Notes under the pieces: generated by a model
What the model saw: only the letters and a program-made list of their open reading frames with translations
What the model was told of the DNA's origin: nothing
The model's database searches: none
From: Longimicrobiales bacterium
Lineage (GTDB): Bacteria > Gemmatimonadota > Gemmatimonadetes > Longimicrobiales > Gaopeijiaceae
Assembly: GCA_963664435.2 (NCBI GenBank)
Contig: CAXXKM010000003.1
Span: 1 to 64,000 of the forward strand
Length of the DNA stretch: 64,000 bases
Reading direction: 5' to 3'
Part shown: piece by piece, positions 38,566 through 48,295 of the stretch
How the letters are laid out: every line of letters begins with the position of its first letter
Numbering within the stretch: the first letter of the stretch is position 1
Program-made: the position numbers and the translations under genes

Positions 38566-39543
38566 GTGTCCGCAGGTTCTCCGCAGGTCAGACTGCAAGC
38601 TCCCCGTCTGCGGCTGGGGACCCGGGGATCCACGCTCGCCCTGATCCAGAGCCGGCAGGTGGCGTCCGCGCTGGAGGCGGCGGCCGGAGCGAGCGTCTCG
38701 CTGCACACGATCCGAACCCGCGGCGACGAGCAGGCCGATGCGTCGCTCGCCCGCATCGGCGGCGAAGGCGTCTTCACCAGCGCACTGGACGGCGCCCTGC
38801 TCGACGGTGCCGTCGACGTGGCCGTGCACTCCCTGAAGGACCTGCCGACCCGCATGACCCCCGGCCTTTGTGTCGCAGCCACGCCGCCGCGCGCAGACCC
38901 GCGGGACGCGCTGGTGCTGCCCCCGGGCGACCAACGCACCCTGGCCACCCTGCCCGCCGGCTCGCGGATCGGTACCGGCTCCCAGCGCCGCGCCGCGCTC
39001 GCCCGCGCCTTCCGCCCGGACTGCATGGTGGTGCCCATGCGCGGAAACGTCGACACCCGGCTGGCCAAGCTCGACCGGGGCGACTGCGAAGCGCTCGTGC
39101 TGGCGGCCGCCGGGCTGGGGCGCATGGGGCTCTCCGACCGCGCGAGCGAGCTTCTGGAGCGCACGGCGTGGCTGCCGGCTGCGGGGCAGGGCGCGCTGGC
39201 CGTGGTGGTCCGCTGCGACGATCCGCGGGCGCGCCGGCTGGCGGGGTCGCTGGACGACGGCCCAACCCGGCAGGCGGTGCGGGCTGAGCGGGAGCTGTTG
39301 CGTCTGCTGGGCGCCGGATGCCACCTGCCCGTCGGTGTGCTGGGACTGCCCTACCCGGGCGGCCTCAGACTCTGGACGATGGTGCTCAGCCCCGATGGCC
39401 ACCGGATCATTCGCTCCGACCGCACCGGCCGCCAAGCCGAACCGGAACGCCTCGCGGCCGACGTGGCGGCGGTCCTTCTGGGCCGGGGCGCGGGCGAGAT
39501 CCTGGCGGACCTCTCCCGCGCTCCCGCCCAGCCGCCACCGTGA
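38566..39543 (+). CDS. hemC: Hydroxymethylbilane synthase
   Basis: GTRGSTLA, VHSLKDLP, RGNVDTRL and GC cofactor site. Confidence 0.95.
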   Translation: MSAGSPQVRLQAPRLRLGTRGSTLALIQSRQVASALEAAAGASVSLHTIRTRGDEQADASLARIGGEGVFTSALDGALLDGAVDVAVHSLKDLPTRMTPGLCVAATPPRADPRDALVLPPGDQRTLATLPAGSRIGTGSQRRAALARAFRPDCMVVPMRGNVDTRLAKLDRGDCEALVLAAAGLGRMGLSDRASELLERTAWLPAAGQGALAVVVRCDDPRARRLAGSLDDGPTRQAVRAERELLRLLGAGCHLPVGVLGLPYPGGLRLWTMVLSPDGHRIIRSDRTGRQAEPERLAADVAAVLLGRGAGEILADLSRAPAQPPP

Positions 39544-39619
39544 TGGACACCCCCGGCTCCTTCGCCCGCCGGCTGCGCCCGGAATACCCGCGCGCCGCGG
39601 CCGCACCGCCGCCACGCCG

Positions 39620-40123
39620 ATGATCCCGCCCGTCTCCCTCGACCGCAGGCTCCTCTCCATCGATGAGCTTGTCGCCCGCCACGGCCGCCCGCGCAGCGGC
39701 CGTCTCGTGTTCACCAACGGATGCTTCGACATCCTGCACCGCGGCCACGTGGAGTACCTGGCCGCCGCCCGCGCCCTGGGCGACATGCTCGTGGTCGGGC
39801 TCAACGGTGACGCCTCCGTCGCCCGCCTCAAGGGGCCGCACCGCCCCTACGTCCCCCTGCGCGACCGCGCCGCCGTCCTCGCGGCGCTCGCCAGCGTCGA
39901 CGTGATCACCCCCTTCGACTCGGACACCCCCGGCGCGCTCATCGCGGCCCTGCTGCCGGACGTGCTGGTCAAGGGCGGCGACTACGCCCCGGAGGAGATG
40001 ATCGGCCGCGACGAAGTCGAGGCCGCGGGCGGGGAAGTGGTGGTGGTGCCTTATCTGCCGGGACGATCCACCACCGGGCTGGTGCGCCGCATCCGCCGAG
40101 CGGAACCTCCATCATTCGAGTGA
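39620..40123 (+). CDS. rfaE2: D-glycero-beta-D-manno-heptose 1-phosphate adenylyltransferase
   Basis: FTNGCFDILHRGH, VKGGDY and STT motifs. Confidence 0.92.
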   Translation: MIPPVSLDRRLLSIDELVARHGRPRSGRLVFTNGCFDILHRGHVEYLAAARALGDMLVVGLNGDASVARLKGPHRPYVPLRDRAAVLAALASVDVITPFDSDTPGALIAALLPDVLVKGGDYAPEEMIGRDEVEAAGGEVVVVPYLPGRSTTGLVRRIRRAEPPSFE

Positions 40124-40265
40124 GTCGTCCTCACCCATGCGGCGTCCCTTGCGTCAGCCCCGGTTCCCATAGAGAGTTTCCTTCGCGACACGCCATCGTC
40201 CCCTTCCAGCCGGGAGCGGACGCAATCCATCCCGAACAAGGACACCCACAGACAGGAGCGCGCGA

Positions 40266-40910
40266 ATGAGCCCGTCGCACGCACTCACGCTGGTTGCCGC
40301 CACGCGGAGCCCGCACAAACTGGACGAGATCCGGCGGATCCTGGGAAAGGATCCCGGACTGCGGGTCCTGAGTCTCGACGAAGCCGGCATCCCCTTCTCC
40401 CCCGAGGAAGACAAGATCGAGGTCTTCGACACGTTCGAAGAGAACGCCAAGGCCAAGGCCGCGTACTTCAACAGCCTTTGCGGAGCCGCGACCATCGCCG
40501 ACGATTCCGGTCTCGAAGTCGATGTGCTCGATGGGGCTCCCGGGGTGCGCTCCAAGCGTTTCGCGCCCGCGCCCGACCTCGTCGGCGAGGAACGCGACCA
40601 CGCCAACAACGAGCACCTGGTCAAGCTGCTCGCGAGTCACAAGCCCCATCGCCGCACCGGACGCTTCGTGTGCGTCGCCGTGCTGCACTTCGGCATGGGC
40701 GAACCGCTGGTGTTCCGGGGCGAGGCGCCGGGCACCATCGTCCTGGAGCCAAAGGGGGAAGGTGGCTTCGGATATGATCCACACTTCCTGGATCCCGAAG
40801 CAGGCCGGACCTTCGCCGAACTCGATCCCCGGGAAAAGGATGTTCGGAGCCATCGGGGCCAGGCCTTCCGGGCGCTCGGCTCGCACCTGCGCGAAACCCT
40901 CCACTACTAG
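40266..40910 (+). CDS. rdgB: Non-canonical purine NTP pyrophosphatase (Ham1)
   Basis: TFEENA, ADDSGL, GFGYDP and SHRG motifs. Confidence 0.93.
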   Translation: MSPSHALTLVAATRSPHKLDEIRRILGKDPGLRVLSLDEAGIPFSPEEDKIEVFDTFEENAKAKAAYFNSLCGAATIADDSGLEVDVLDGAPGVRSKRFAPAPDLVGEERDHANNEHLVKLLASHKPHRRTGRFVCVAVLHFGMGEPLVFRGEAPGTIVLEPKGEGGFGYDPHFLDPEAGRTFAELDPREKDVRSHRGQAFRALGSHLRETLHY

Positions 40911-41071
40911 CGGCTCGTGGATGAATCCGCTGGCGCACCGGGAGCGGTGAGGCGCCGGGCCGCCAGGACGCTTTGAGGGCCGAATGGCAGGCTCCGGGGT
41001 GGAGCCCGCGGTCGCGTGGGGATTGAAGCGACCGCCGAAAACACTGATTCTTCCGTGTTGAAGTGATGAGA

Positions 41072-41145
41072 CGGGGCGTGGCGCAGCCCGGTAGCGCGCC
41101 TGCTTTGGGAGCAGGAGGTCGCCGGTTCGAATCCGGCCGCCCCGA
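41072..41145 (+). tRNA. tRNA-Pro (TGG), CCA not encoded
   Basis: CGGGGCG acceptor, CCTGC-TTTGGGA-GCAGG anticodon arm and GCCGG-TTCGAAT-CCGGC T arm. Confidence 0.95.
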
Positions 41146-41192
41146 TTGGAGTTACGTGATTTGGGGGGTTTGATGTTCGCTAATTATGTCCG

Positions 41193-42365
41193 CTATTTGG
41201 ACGTGGAGCCACCCCCCCGGTACTCCTCGATGGCTTTTCTGAGCCGGTCCTCGTCGGGGCGCTGATAGCACTGGAGGACCGTCTCGGCGGTCTTCCAGCC
41301 GCCGAGGTCGCAGAGCACCTTCAGCGGCAGGTCCATCAGGTCGGAGGCGAATTTCCGCCTCAGCGAGTGCCAGCCGCGGCCACGCTTGGGTTCCAGCTCC
41401 GCAAGCGTCTCGGCCTTCTTCCACCAGTCCCGCGCCAGCGAGCGGCTCACGCACGCGAAGGGATCCTTCGGTGCGGTCAGCAGGGGCGCGTCCCCAATCC
41501 CGGGGTTGTGCCTCCGCGCTGCCTCCAAGGCGGCGAGCGCCTTGGAGGTGACCGGCGTCCGGTGCTCGTAACCGGTCTTCTCGTGCTCTCCCCGCCACCG
41601 GATGGTCCGGCCATCGAGGTCGATGTCGGCCCATCGAAGCTGCCGAATGGCACCGATTCGGTGCCCGGTCTCGTGGGCGAGCACCAAGGCCACTTGGAAC
41701 CGCCAGTCCACCTGGGCGGACACTGCGAGCAACGCTTCGTACTCTGTCTGGGTGAGCACCACCCGTCTCGGATTCTTCTCCTTTGGCAGCTTGAGGCCCC
41801 GGAGCGGGTTGGATTCGAGGAGGAGCCGTCCTTCCGCGTCCCTTGACTTCGCGGCCCAGTTAAGGATCGCGAGTAGCAGCCTCAGATCGTATTCGATCGT
41901 CCGTTCGGACACGGGTCTGCGGCTACCGCCGGCCTTTCCCACGCGCCGCGCCCGGATGAAGCGGTCCCAATCGCGTTGCGAAAGGGTCTCGGCCTTCCGG
42001 TGCCTCCCGAAGAACCGAAGGAACCTCCTCATCATGGCCCGGTCGTGGTTCTGCGACCGCCCGCTCTTCGTGGGGGTGACCTCTTCACCGTAGATTTCAA
42101 ACAGCGTTTCCAAGGTGAGCGGCTCGGACTCGGCTTCCGCCGTGTCCGTGGTCACGGGCTCGGCGAGTCCGGCGGCGATCTTGTCCGCCTGCCGCTTGGC
42201 CCGGTTCCAGTTACGGTGCTTCAGCGACCGGGTGAGCCTGCGCCCGTTCTCGCGCCACTCGACCTGGATGATACCGGTTCTGGGATCGGTAAAGACCCGG
42301 ACCCGGTTCCGGCCCCATTCGCCGGCGCTGTACGAGCGCCGACTTCGTTTCGTGCGTGCCATCAT
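41193..42365 (-). CDS. Tyrosine recombinase/integrase
   Basis: Same motifs as 17688-18842; ends 47 bp from tRNA-Pro. Confidence 0.95.
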   Translation of the reverse strand: MMARTKRSRRSYSAGEWGRNRVRVFTDPRTGIIQVEWRENGRRLTRSLKHRNWNRAKRQADKIAAGLAEPVTTDTAEAESEPLTLETLFEIYGEEVTPTKSGRSQNHDRAMMRRFLRFFGRHRKAETLSQRDWDRFIRARRVGKAGGSRRPVSERTIEYDLRLLLAILNWAAKSRDAEGRLLLESNPLRGLKLPKEKNPRRVVLTQTEYEALLAVSAQVDWRFQVALVLAHETGHRIGAIRQLRWADIDLDGRTIRWRGEHEKTGYEHRTPVTSKALAALEAARRHNPGIGDAPLLTAPKDPFACVSRSLARDWWKKAETLAELEPKRGRGWHSLRRKFASDLMDLPLKVLCDLGGWKTAETVLQCYQRPDEDRLRKAIEEYRGGGSTSK

Positions 42366-42457
42366 TCGATTCCTCTCGTGATGGACCGCACGATCTGCGC
42401 GTCCGAAACTTCGCTGAGCGGTGTTGCTCGCGCGAGATCCAGCCCTGGCCGCAGCCA

Positions 42458-44026
42458 TCAGCGGCTCGGACCCTGATCGCGGTCCGGTCCCGGGCGGCGC
42501 ATCAGATACGGAGGCCGCGCGGTCTCGCGACGGTGGATGTCCCGGAATATTCGGCCAAGCGTGTCGCCAGCGCGTCGAGCCGCTCGATTTGCATCAGCAA
42601 GGCTTCGTACTCCGCGCTCTGCCGCTCGACGTGCTGCCGCAAGGCTTCGATCTCTCCGCCTTGCCGCTCGACGTGCCCTTGCAAGGCTTCGACCTGCTCG
42701 GAGTGCCGCCGCTGTTCCGTTTCGTACTGCGCGGACAGCCTCCGCAAGGCCCTCGTCAACTGCTCCTCTAACGCGGTCATAAACCTCCTTTACTCGTTCG
42801 ACAGCTTCAACGCCGGAAGGTGCCCGTCCACCCACCAGGGCGGATCGGCCAGCACCCCGTCCGGCACCACCACGAACCGCTCGCCCTCGATCTCGTGGAA
42901 CACGAGCCCCCAGGTGTCCTCCTCCAGCTGGGCCAGCGTCCGCCGGGCGTCCTCGATGTCCCGGTTCAGTTCGGCGCGGGTCACGATCCGGTCCTGAATG
43001 CTCCCCGCCAACCAGCGCATCGTCGCCCAGCTTCCGCCGAAGAAACCGATCCAAAGGCTCAGGCCGACGATCAGCGGCCGTTGCCACGCCTTGACCAGCA
43101 ACTCGCGCATCTTGCCGGTCGCCTCCTCCGTATCGCGCTCGATGGTACGCAGCGCGCTCCTCGCGACGCGCCGCGAGTGCTCGGCGAGCCTTTCGAGCTC
43201 GTTCGCGGTCAACTCCTCGATCTCCCTGCGCTCGCTCTCCAGCCGCATTCGCAGCCGTTCGGTCAAATCGTTCGCGTTGGAAATCAACTCCGTACAGTTC
43301 TCCTTTCAGTCGCCACCGGTCTCCGGTTTCGGGGTCCAGCGCGGTGATGTAGTCCATGCCCTGGCGCGGCACTTCAAGGCCCGCCTCCCGCAGCGCGGCG
43401 ACAACATCGCGGCGGTCTTTGACCGCACCGTGCTCGACACGCTGGAGCAGGTAGTCCCGGATCAGGTCGCGGGGGGACGATTCGAGCCGTAGTCCGGCCC
43501 GCAGCCGGGTCGCCTCGATGTAGGCGCGGTGGCCGGGGTGTTGCACTCTGGCCCGCTCCGGGTCGTCGGGTCGGCTCCAGCCGTGCTCGTGGTTGAAGGC
43601 GTCTCGGAGCGGATCGAACGTCCGCTGCCAACCCGGAGGCGCGATGTTGAGGCTTCGGCCGGTCTCCAGGTCGCACCGAGCGGCGAGGACATGGACGTGA
43701 GCGCCTCCGCCCTCCTCACGGTGCAGGACGGCTGCCCAGGCATAGCGGTCGGGCTCCAGCCCCGCCCAAGCCGTCTTCTCGAACTCGTCGAGCACAGCCT
43801 CGATCTGCTCGTCGGTGGGGTGGTCGTCCGGTGCCCAGGCGATTACGCCGGAGGTGTACCTGTGCTCGAAGTCGAGCGAGTCGGCCACCGAAGCCACCAT
43901 GTCCGGGTTCCCGCGCAGCACCTCGACGCCTTCGCGAGGCTTCCCGGTGGCGTCCCGCTCCCCGAGGAGGTAGCCTGCCGCATTGCCGGCCGAGCCGGTC
44001 CCGTGCGCGAGAAACTTAATGTGCAT
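42458..44026 (-). CDS. Relaxase, ColE1 MbeA-like (MOBP)
   Basis: MHIKF...G.G...YLL, EVLRGNP, YTSGVIAW and HxxxxxxxHVH motifs. Confidence 0.9.
   Translation of the reverse strand: MHIKFLAHGTGSAGNAAGYLLGERDATGKPREGVEVLRGNPDMVASVADSLDFEHRYTSGVIAWAPDDHPTDEQIEAVLDEFEKTAWAGLEPDRYAWAAVLHREEGGGAHVHVLAARCDLETGRSLNIAPPGWQRTFDPLRDAFNHEHGWSRPDDPERARVQHPGHRAYIEATRLRAGLRLESSPRDLIRDYLLQRVEHGAVKDRRDVVAALREAGLEVPRQGMDYITALDPETGDRWRLKGELYGVDFQRERFDRTAANAAGERAQGDRGVDRERARKARRALAARREERAAYHRARYGGGDRQDARVAGQGVATAADRRPEPLDRFLRRKLGDDALVGGEHSGPDRDPRRTEPGHRGRPADAGPAGGGHLGARVPRDRGRAVRGGAGRGAGRSALVGGRAPSGVEAVERVKEVYDRVRGAVDEGLAEAVRAVRNGTAAALRAGRSLARARRAARRRDRSLAAARRAAERGVRSLADANRAARRAGDTLGRIFRDIHRRETARPPYLMRRPGPDRDQGPSR
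42502..42780 (-). CDS. MbeD/MobD-like protein nested in the relaxase gene (alternate frame)
   Basis: MTALEEQLTRAL...Y resembles the MbeD N-terminus. Coiled coil; RBS AGGAGG. Confidence 0.75.
   Translation of the reverse strand: MTALEEQLTRALRRLSAQYETEQRRHSEQVEALQGHVERQGGEIEALRQHVERQSAEYEALLMQIERLDALATRLAEYSGTSTVARPRGLRI
42790..43287 (-). CDS. MbeB/MobB-like membrane protein nested in the relaxase gene
   Basis: Coiled coil plus one TM; RBS AAAGGAG before TTG; same position as ColE1 mbeB. Confidence 0.7.
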   Translation of the reverse strand: MISNANDLTERLRMRLESERREIEELTANELERLAEHSRRVARSALRTIERDTEEATGKMRELLVKAWQRPLIVGLSLWIGFFGGSWATMRWLAGSIQDRIVTRAELNRDIEDARRTLAQLEEDTWGLVFHEIEGERFVVVPDGVLADPPWWVDGHLPALKLSNE

Positions 44027-44354
44027 CGCGCTCCGGATTCTCGAATCGAGCCAGCGCGCCGAGCGCGCGCTCGATGGCAACCAGACGGGCGAGGACCTCG
44101 ACGGCCTCGGCCGCCCCCTTGTGGGTGTTCGCCCATTTGGCGATCTGGTTGAGGTTGTTCCCGATCCGCGACACCTGCCGGGTGCGCTCGCGCTCGACCT
44201 CGGCCGCGCGTGCGGTCCAAGTCCGTGTACGGGCCACGGCCCGCCGGATCAGCGCCGAGAGCGGTACGCCGGCGGCCTTCGCCTTGGCCCGCCAGTCGGC
44301 GGACTCGCCCGGCGTCAGGCGGACGGCAACCAGAACCGGTCGGCGTCTAGCCAT
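44016..44354 (-). CDS. mobC: MobC/MbeC relaxosome protein
   Basis: RHH-like N-terminus and RIGNNLNQIAKWAN signature. Confidence 0.92.
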   Translation of the reverse strand: MARRRPVLVAVRLTPGESADWRAKAKAAGVPLSALIRRAVARTRTWTARAAEVERERTRQVSRIGNNLNQIAKWANTHKGAAEAVEVLARLVAIERALGALARFENPERDAH

Positions 44355-44367
44355 CGGGATGCGCCGT

Positions 44368-44490
44368 CACGGGGGGAACGGGGGCGACGCCCCCGCCCGC
44401 GCAATCCATCGGAGCGCGGGTCTGTTGGGGATCGAAGGGGCAACGTCCCTCGCCAGCCCCGCGGTTATACCGGGGGTAGGCTGGCTTACC
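44368..44490 (+). other. oriT with a ColE1-type nic motif CTGG^CTTA
   Basis: GGGGATCGAAGGGGC...CCCTCGCCAG-hairpin-GTAGGCTGGCTTA directly upstream of mobC. The nic motif is at 44481-44488. Confidence 0.75.
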
Positions 44491-45241
44491 GGCATTAGCC
44501 GCGTCCGACATCCCCGTCGGCGACGGATCCGAGACCCGGCGGCGGCCACCGCCAATGCGGTGGCAGAGCACCTCCGCGAACGCTTCGGAGAAGCCGTTCA
44601 ACGGGCGTCGCGGAGCCCAGCCGCCGCTGGGATGGAGACCCGCGATGCCGGGCCGTCCATGTACCCGGGAAGCCGGAGCGGAGACTGATCCCCGCCAGCG
44701 CCCCTGTCGGGGGACGCGGGCATCGGTTCCGCCGTGGGATAGATCAAACTGAACTGCGCGTCTCCTCCCGCGTTTCGCCTCGTATGGTTGCACTACCCTT
44801 CCACCCTTCGGTGACCCGAAGGGCGACATCCTACGGATTGCATCCGCAAAAGGTTTCATTCCGGCCGGGGGGTACCTGAGCGACCGTCGCGATAGCGTCT
44901 CCTCTCCGCCCGGTGTCGATCTGCCATCAACACTGTCATGCGGTTGCGACACACACGCTGTCCGGCACCGGACCGACACCGCAGAATCGGTCCGACATGG
45001 TCCCCTCTCTCTGGATGTTGCCGCACCGCCTTGCAGCCCCGGCTAGGACCGGATAGACTCACCCGCGATGCGGACATTCGCTACCCTGCGGCGCGGCTCG
45101 AACCCATTCGGCGGGCAGAGAAATGCATCTACTAAGGAATCCCCTCGTTCCGTCGCGGACGCCAGGCAGGTCGGGATTGTTTCCGCATCCGCGCCGTGAC
45201 AGGCGACGACACGCCGGAAGCAGCCGAAAGGAAGTAGGCCA

Positions 45242-47062
45242 GTGAATGTCAACCTGCGAAGCCTGACCGACCTCTTTGTGCAGCCGGTCCAGTACGAGAT
45301 CCCCAGGTTTCAACGGCCGTACGTCTGGAACAGGGATAGGCAGTGGGTGCCTCTCTGGGTTGATGTCCAGCACACGGCCGAACGCATCCTCGTGGCAGAG
45401 CGCGGGGGCTCGCCGCAACCCCAGCCTCATTTCATGGGCGCGGTCGTCTTCCAGCAGATTCCCAACGTGACCGGCTCGCTCACGCGACGGATCGTGGTGG
45501 ATGGGCAGCAGCGGTTGACCACGCTTCAGCTTCTCCTTGACGCGGCCCAGGAGGTATTCGAAGGAAGCGGAATCGCCGAACCGGCCGCGCGGCTTACGGC
45601 GCTGGTACTGAATCAGGCTGCGTTTTGCGGGGACAGGTCCGACAACGCGTTCAAGGTATGGCCCACCGACGCAGACCAGGCCCCTTTCCGACAAGCGATG
45701 ACCAACGACTCGCCGAGTGCCGAGTGGGCCAATTCGCGGGTCGTCGAGGCTCACCAGTTCTTTCGGGACCAAATCGAGCAGTGGCTCCGAGAAGGCGAGG
45801 AGGGGCTGGACGAGGGTTCGACTTCGACAGCAAGGGCGGAGGCGCTTGAGCAGGCTCTCTCGCGTCTGCTAGAGCTGGTCGTCATCGACCTCCGTTCATC
45901 GGACGATCCCCACATCATCTTTGAGACGCTGAACGCCCGAGGGACGCCCCTTCGCCAGTCCGACCTGATGAAGAACATGATTCTCCATGAAGCGGGGAAG
46001 GCTGGTGTCGGCGACGAAGTGGGTTGGCCACTCGAAGATGTTTGGTGGGACGAGGACATTCGCCAGGGCCGCCTGAACCGGCCTCGCGCCGACGTGTTCC
46101 TGAACTACTGGCTCGTGATGCGCGCCCTTCAAGAGGTCCGCGCGGCCGACATCTTTTCGACGTTCCGACGCCGGTACAAGCAGGGGAGCCATGGTGCGAT
46201 TGAGGAAATCGCAGCCGATGTCAAGATCGTCGCTGCGGCCTATCGGCGGCTGGAAGCCGACGAACTGGATGGTGTGTGGACGGTGTTTTCCTATCGCTGG
46301 AAGACCATGCAGGCGGCGGTCGTTACCCCGATCCTGCTGTGGTTGCTGGCGTCCGACGTGGAGCCAACGCATGTCTCCAGGGCTCTCAAGGCGATGGAGA
46401 GTTATCTGGTCCGCAGGATGGTGTGTCGTATGACCACCAGAGGCTACAACAGGATGTTCGTCGATCTCCTGCGTCGGCTCGATCAGGCGGGTCCGGAGAG
46501 AGCGGGCGATACGGTCATCCAGTTCTTGGGCGAGCGGGAGGCGTACGGGACACTCTGGCCCGTCGACAACCTGGTGCTAGACGCGATATCGAATAAGCCT
46601 CTCTACCGCCTGCTGACTCGCGGGCGGCTGAGGATGGTCCTGGAGGGGATTGAGCAGGAATTGCGGACCACCAAGGCCGAAGACCAGACGGTCCCGAAGG
46701 GGTTGACGATCGAGCACGTAATGCCTCGGAGTTGGCGGGCCAAATGGCCGCAACCGAAGCCCGGCACGGGGCCGGAAGGGCCGGAAGATAGGCGGTGGCG
46801 GTTGCTCGACTCGCTCGGTAATCTGACCCTACTGACTCAGCCTTTGAATTCGGAACTCTCCAACGGACCTTGGGCGGACAAGCGAAAGGGGATATCCTGT
46901 CACAGTACGCTCTTCCTCAACAAGGACTTGCTGCGACATTCCTCGCGAGACGACCAGTGGGACGAGGAGGGGATCCACGTTAGGGCGACTCGGCTCCATA
47001 GGGCCTTCGTGAAGGCATGGCCTCACTTCGCCGAGATTGGCGCGGCCGGGGCGGCGAGGTAA
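45242..47062 (+). CDS. DUF262/DUF1524 (GmrSD/SspE-like) modification-dependent nuclease
   Basis: IPRFQRPYVW, VDGQQRLTT, FETLNARG and TIEHVMP...LGNLTLL...N (HNH-like) motifs. Confidence 0.92.
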   Translation: MNVNLRSLTDLFVQPVQYEIPRFQRPYVWNRDRQWVPLWVDVQHTAERILVAERGGSPQPQPHFMGAVVFQQIPNVTGSLTRRIVVDGQQRLTTLQLLLDAAQEVFEGSGIAEPAARLTALVLNQAAFCGDRSDNAFKVWPTDADQAPFRQAMTNDSPSAEWANSRVVEAHQFFRDQIEQWLREGEEGLDEGSTSTARAEALEQALSRLLELVVIDLRSSDDPHIIFETLNARGTPLRQSDLMKNMILHEAGKAGVGDEVGWPLEDVWWDEDIRQGRLNRPRADVFLNYWLVMRALQEVRAADIFSTFRRRYKQGSHGAIEEIAADVKIVAAAYRRLEADELDGVWTVFSYRWKTMQAAVVTPILLWLLASDVEPTHVSRALKAMESYLVRRMVCRMTTRGYNRMFVDLLRRLDQAGPERAGDTVIQFLGEREAYGTLWPVDNLVLDAISNKPLYRLLTRGRLRMVLEGIEQELRTTKAEDQTVPKGLTIEHVMPRSWRAKWPQPKPGTGPEGPEDRRWRLLDSLGNLTLLTQPLNSELSNGPWADKRKGISCHSTLFLNKDLLRHSSRDDQWDEEGIHVRATRLHRAFVKAWPHFAEIGAAGAAR

Positions 47063-47167
47063 AGCGAGGCTAATCGGTCAGGTCAGCCCGGCCTCCGATA
47101 CACTCGCGAAGAGCGGTCTCGGCGGCTTGGGTTGCCCGTATCGACCCTACTAAACGTCCGGCCCCCG

Positions 47168-47425
47168 TCAGGCAACGTCGTGCTTCTTGATCCAGTCGCG
47201 CAGGGCGTGGTCGATCCGTGTCTGCCAACCCCGCCCTCCGGCACGGAAATGGTCGATGACCTCCCGGGACAACCGGATGGTAGTCGATACCTTCGGTCGC
47301 GCTTTGGGGGGACGCCCCCGGCGTACGGGCGCCTTGGCGAACTTCTCCGGCCAGCCGTCCTTCGAGAGATCGGGGGCTGTGTCGGGTTCAAAACCTCGGG
47401 CCGTAGAGCTGTCGTTCTCTTTCAT
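47168..47425 (-). CDS. brnA: BrnA antitoxin
   Basis: RGRP...TIRL...GRGWQTRID motif. Confidence 0.92.
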   Translation of the reverse strand: MKENDSSTARGFEPDTAPDLSKDGWPEKFAKAPVRRGRPPKARPKVSTTIRLSREVIDHFRAGGRGWQTRIDHALRDWIKKHDVA

Positions 47426-47657
47426 TGGCCCTCCTCATGCTGATGATCCTGTGTGCGTCGTCGCGGCGCGTCCAGATGAGTACCACCATCGCCTCGTCCA
47501 GAAAGCCGATGGTGATGTAGCGAACCTCGCCGTAGTCCTGCCGATCGTCCTCAACGGTCAGCGTCGGGCCGGCGAACACGTCCGCTGCACGGGCCATGTC
47601 CAGCCCTCGGGCCTTGATCGTCTCCGCGCGCTTTGCCCCGTCGAACTCGATCCGCAT
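47388..47657 (-). CDS. brnT: BrnT ribonuclease toxin
   Basis: IEFD.AK, DYGE.R and RIISMRRAN motifs. Confidence 0.92.
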   Translation of the reverse strand: MRIEFDGAKRAETIKARGLDMARAADVFAGPTLTVEDDRQDYGEVRYITIGFLDEAMVVLIWTRRDDAHRIISMRRANERERQLYGPRF

Positions 47658-47827
47658 GATTAATGTTACTACAGAAATTGCGCTGTCAAGCCCAGTCCCC
47701 GGTCGCTGAGGAGCTCATGACAGAGGACCGAGGCGTCCAAGTGGACGGCGAGCATGGACATATCCCCGGTCGGGCAGTGAAGTTGAGTAATATGATCGGC
47801 AACGGCCTCTCGAACACACGGCGAACG

Positions 47828-48286
47828 GTGACCCCCAACGAGTTCATTGCGAAGTGGCACGCCTCGGAGCTGAAGGAACGCTCCGCGGCGCAGGAGCACT
47901 TCATCGACCTGTGCCGCCTGCTCGGCGAACCCACCCCGGCGGAGGCCGACCCGAAGGGCGACCACTACTGCTTCGAGCGCGGAGCCCTCAAGGACTCCGG
48001 CGGGGGAGGCTGGGCGGACGTGTGGAAGCGCCACTGCTTCGCCTGGGAGTACAAGGGGAAGCACGCGGACCTCGACGCCGCGTTCGACCAGTTGCGGCAG
48101 TACGCGCTTGCGCTGGAGAACCCACCACTCCTCATCGTCTCCGACATGCGCCGGTTCCGGATCCGGACGAACTCCGTGAGCAAGACACACGAGTTTGGGT
48201 GCGGCAAGCTCCATCGTTTGACGGCGGCTATCGACCAAACGAGGGGACGGCTGAAGTGGCCTTCGTTGAGACACCGCAGACAATAG
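47828..48286 (+). pseudogene. N-terminal stub of an MmeI-like type IIL restriction-modification enzyme
   Basis: TPNEFIAKW...ERSAAQEHF...WADVWKR..FAWEYKG...LENPPLL. The frame degenerates after about 140 aa and has no methylase domain. Confidence 0.8.
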
Positions 48287-48295
48287 GGAGACACG

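Noticed and set aside
41120..41150. attR duplicate of the tRNA-Pro 3' end
   Set aside because: No convincing second copy was found by eye in the window, so the island's right boundary remains inferred.
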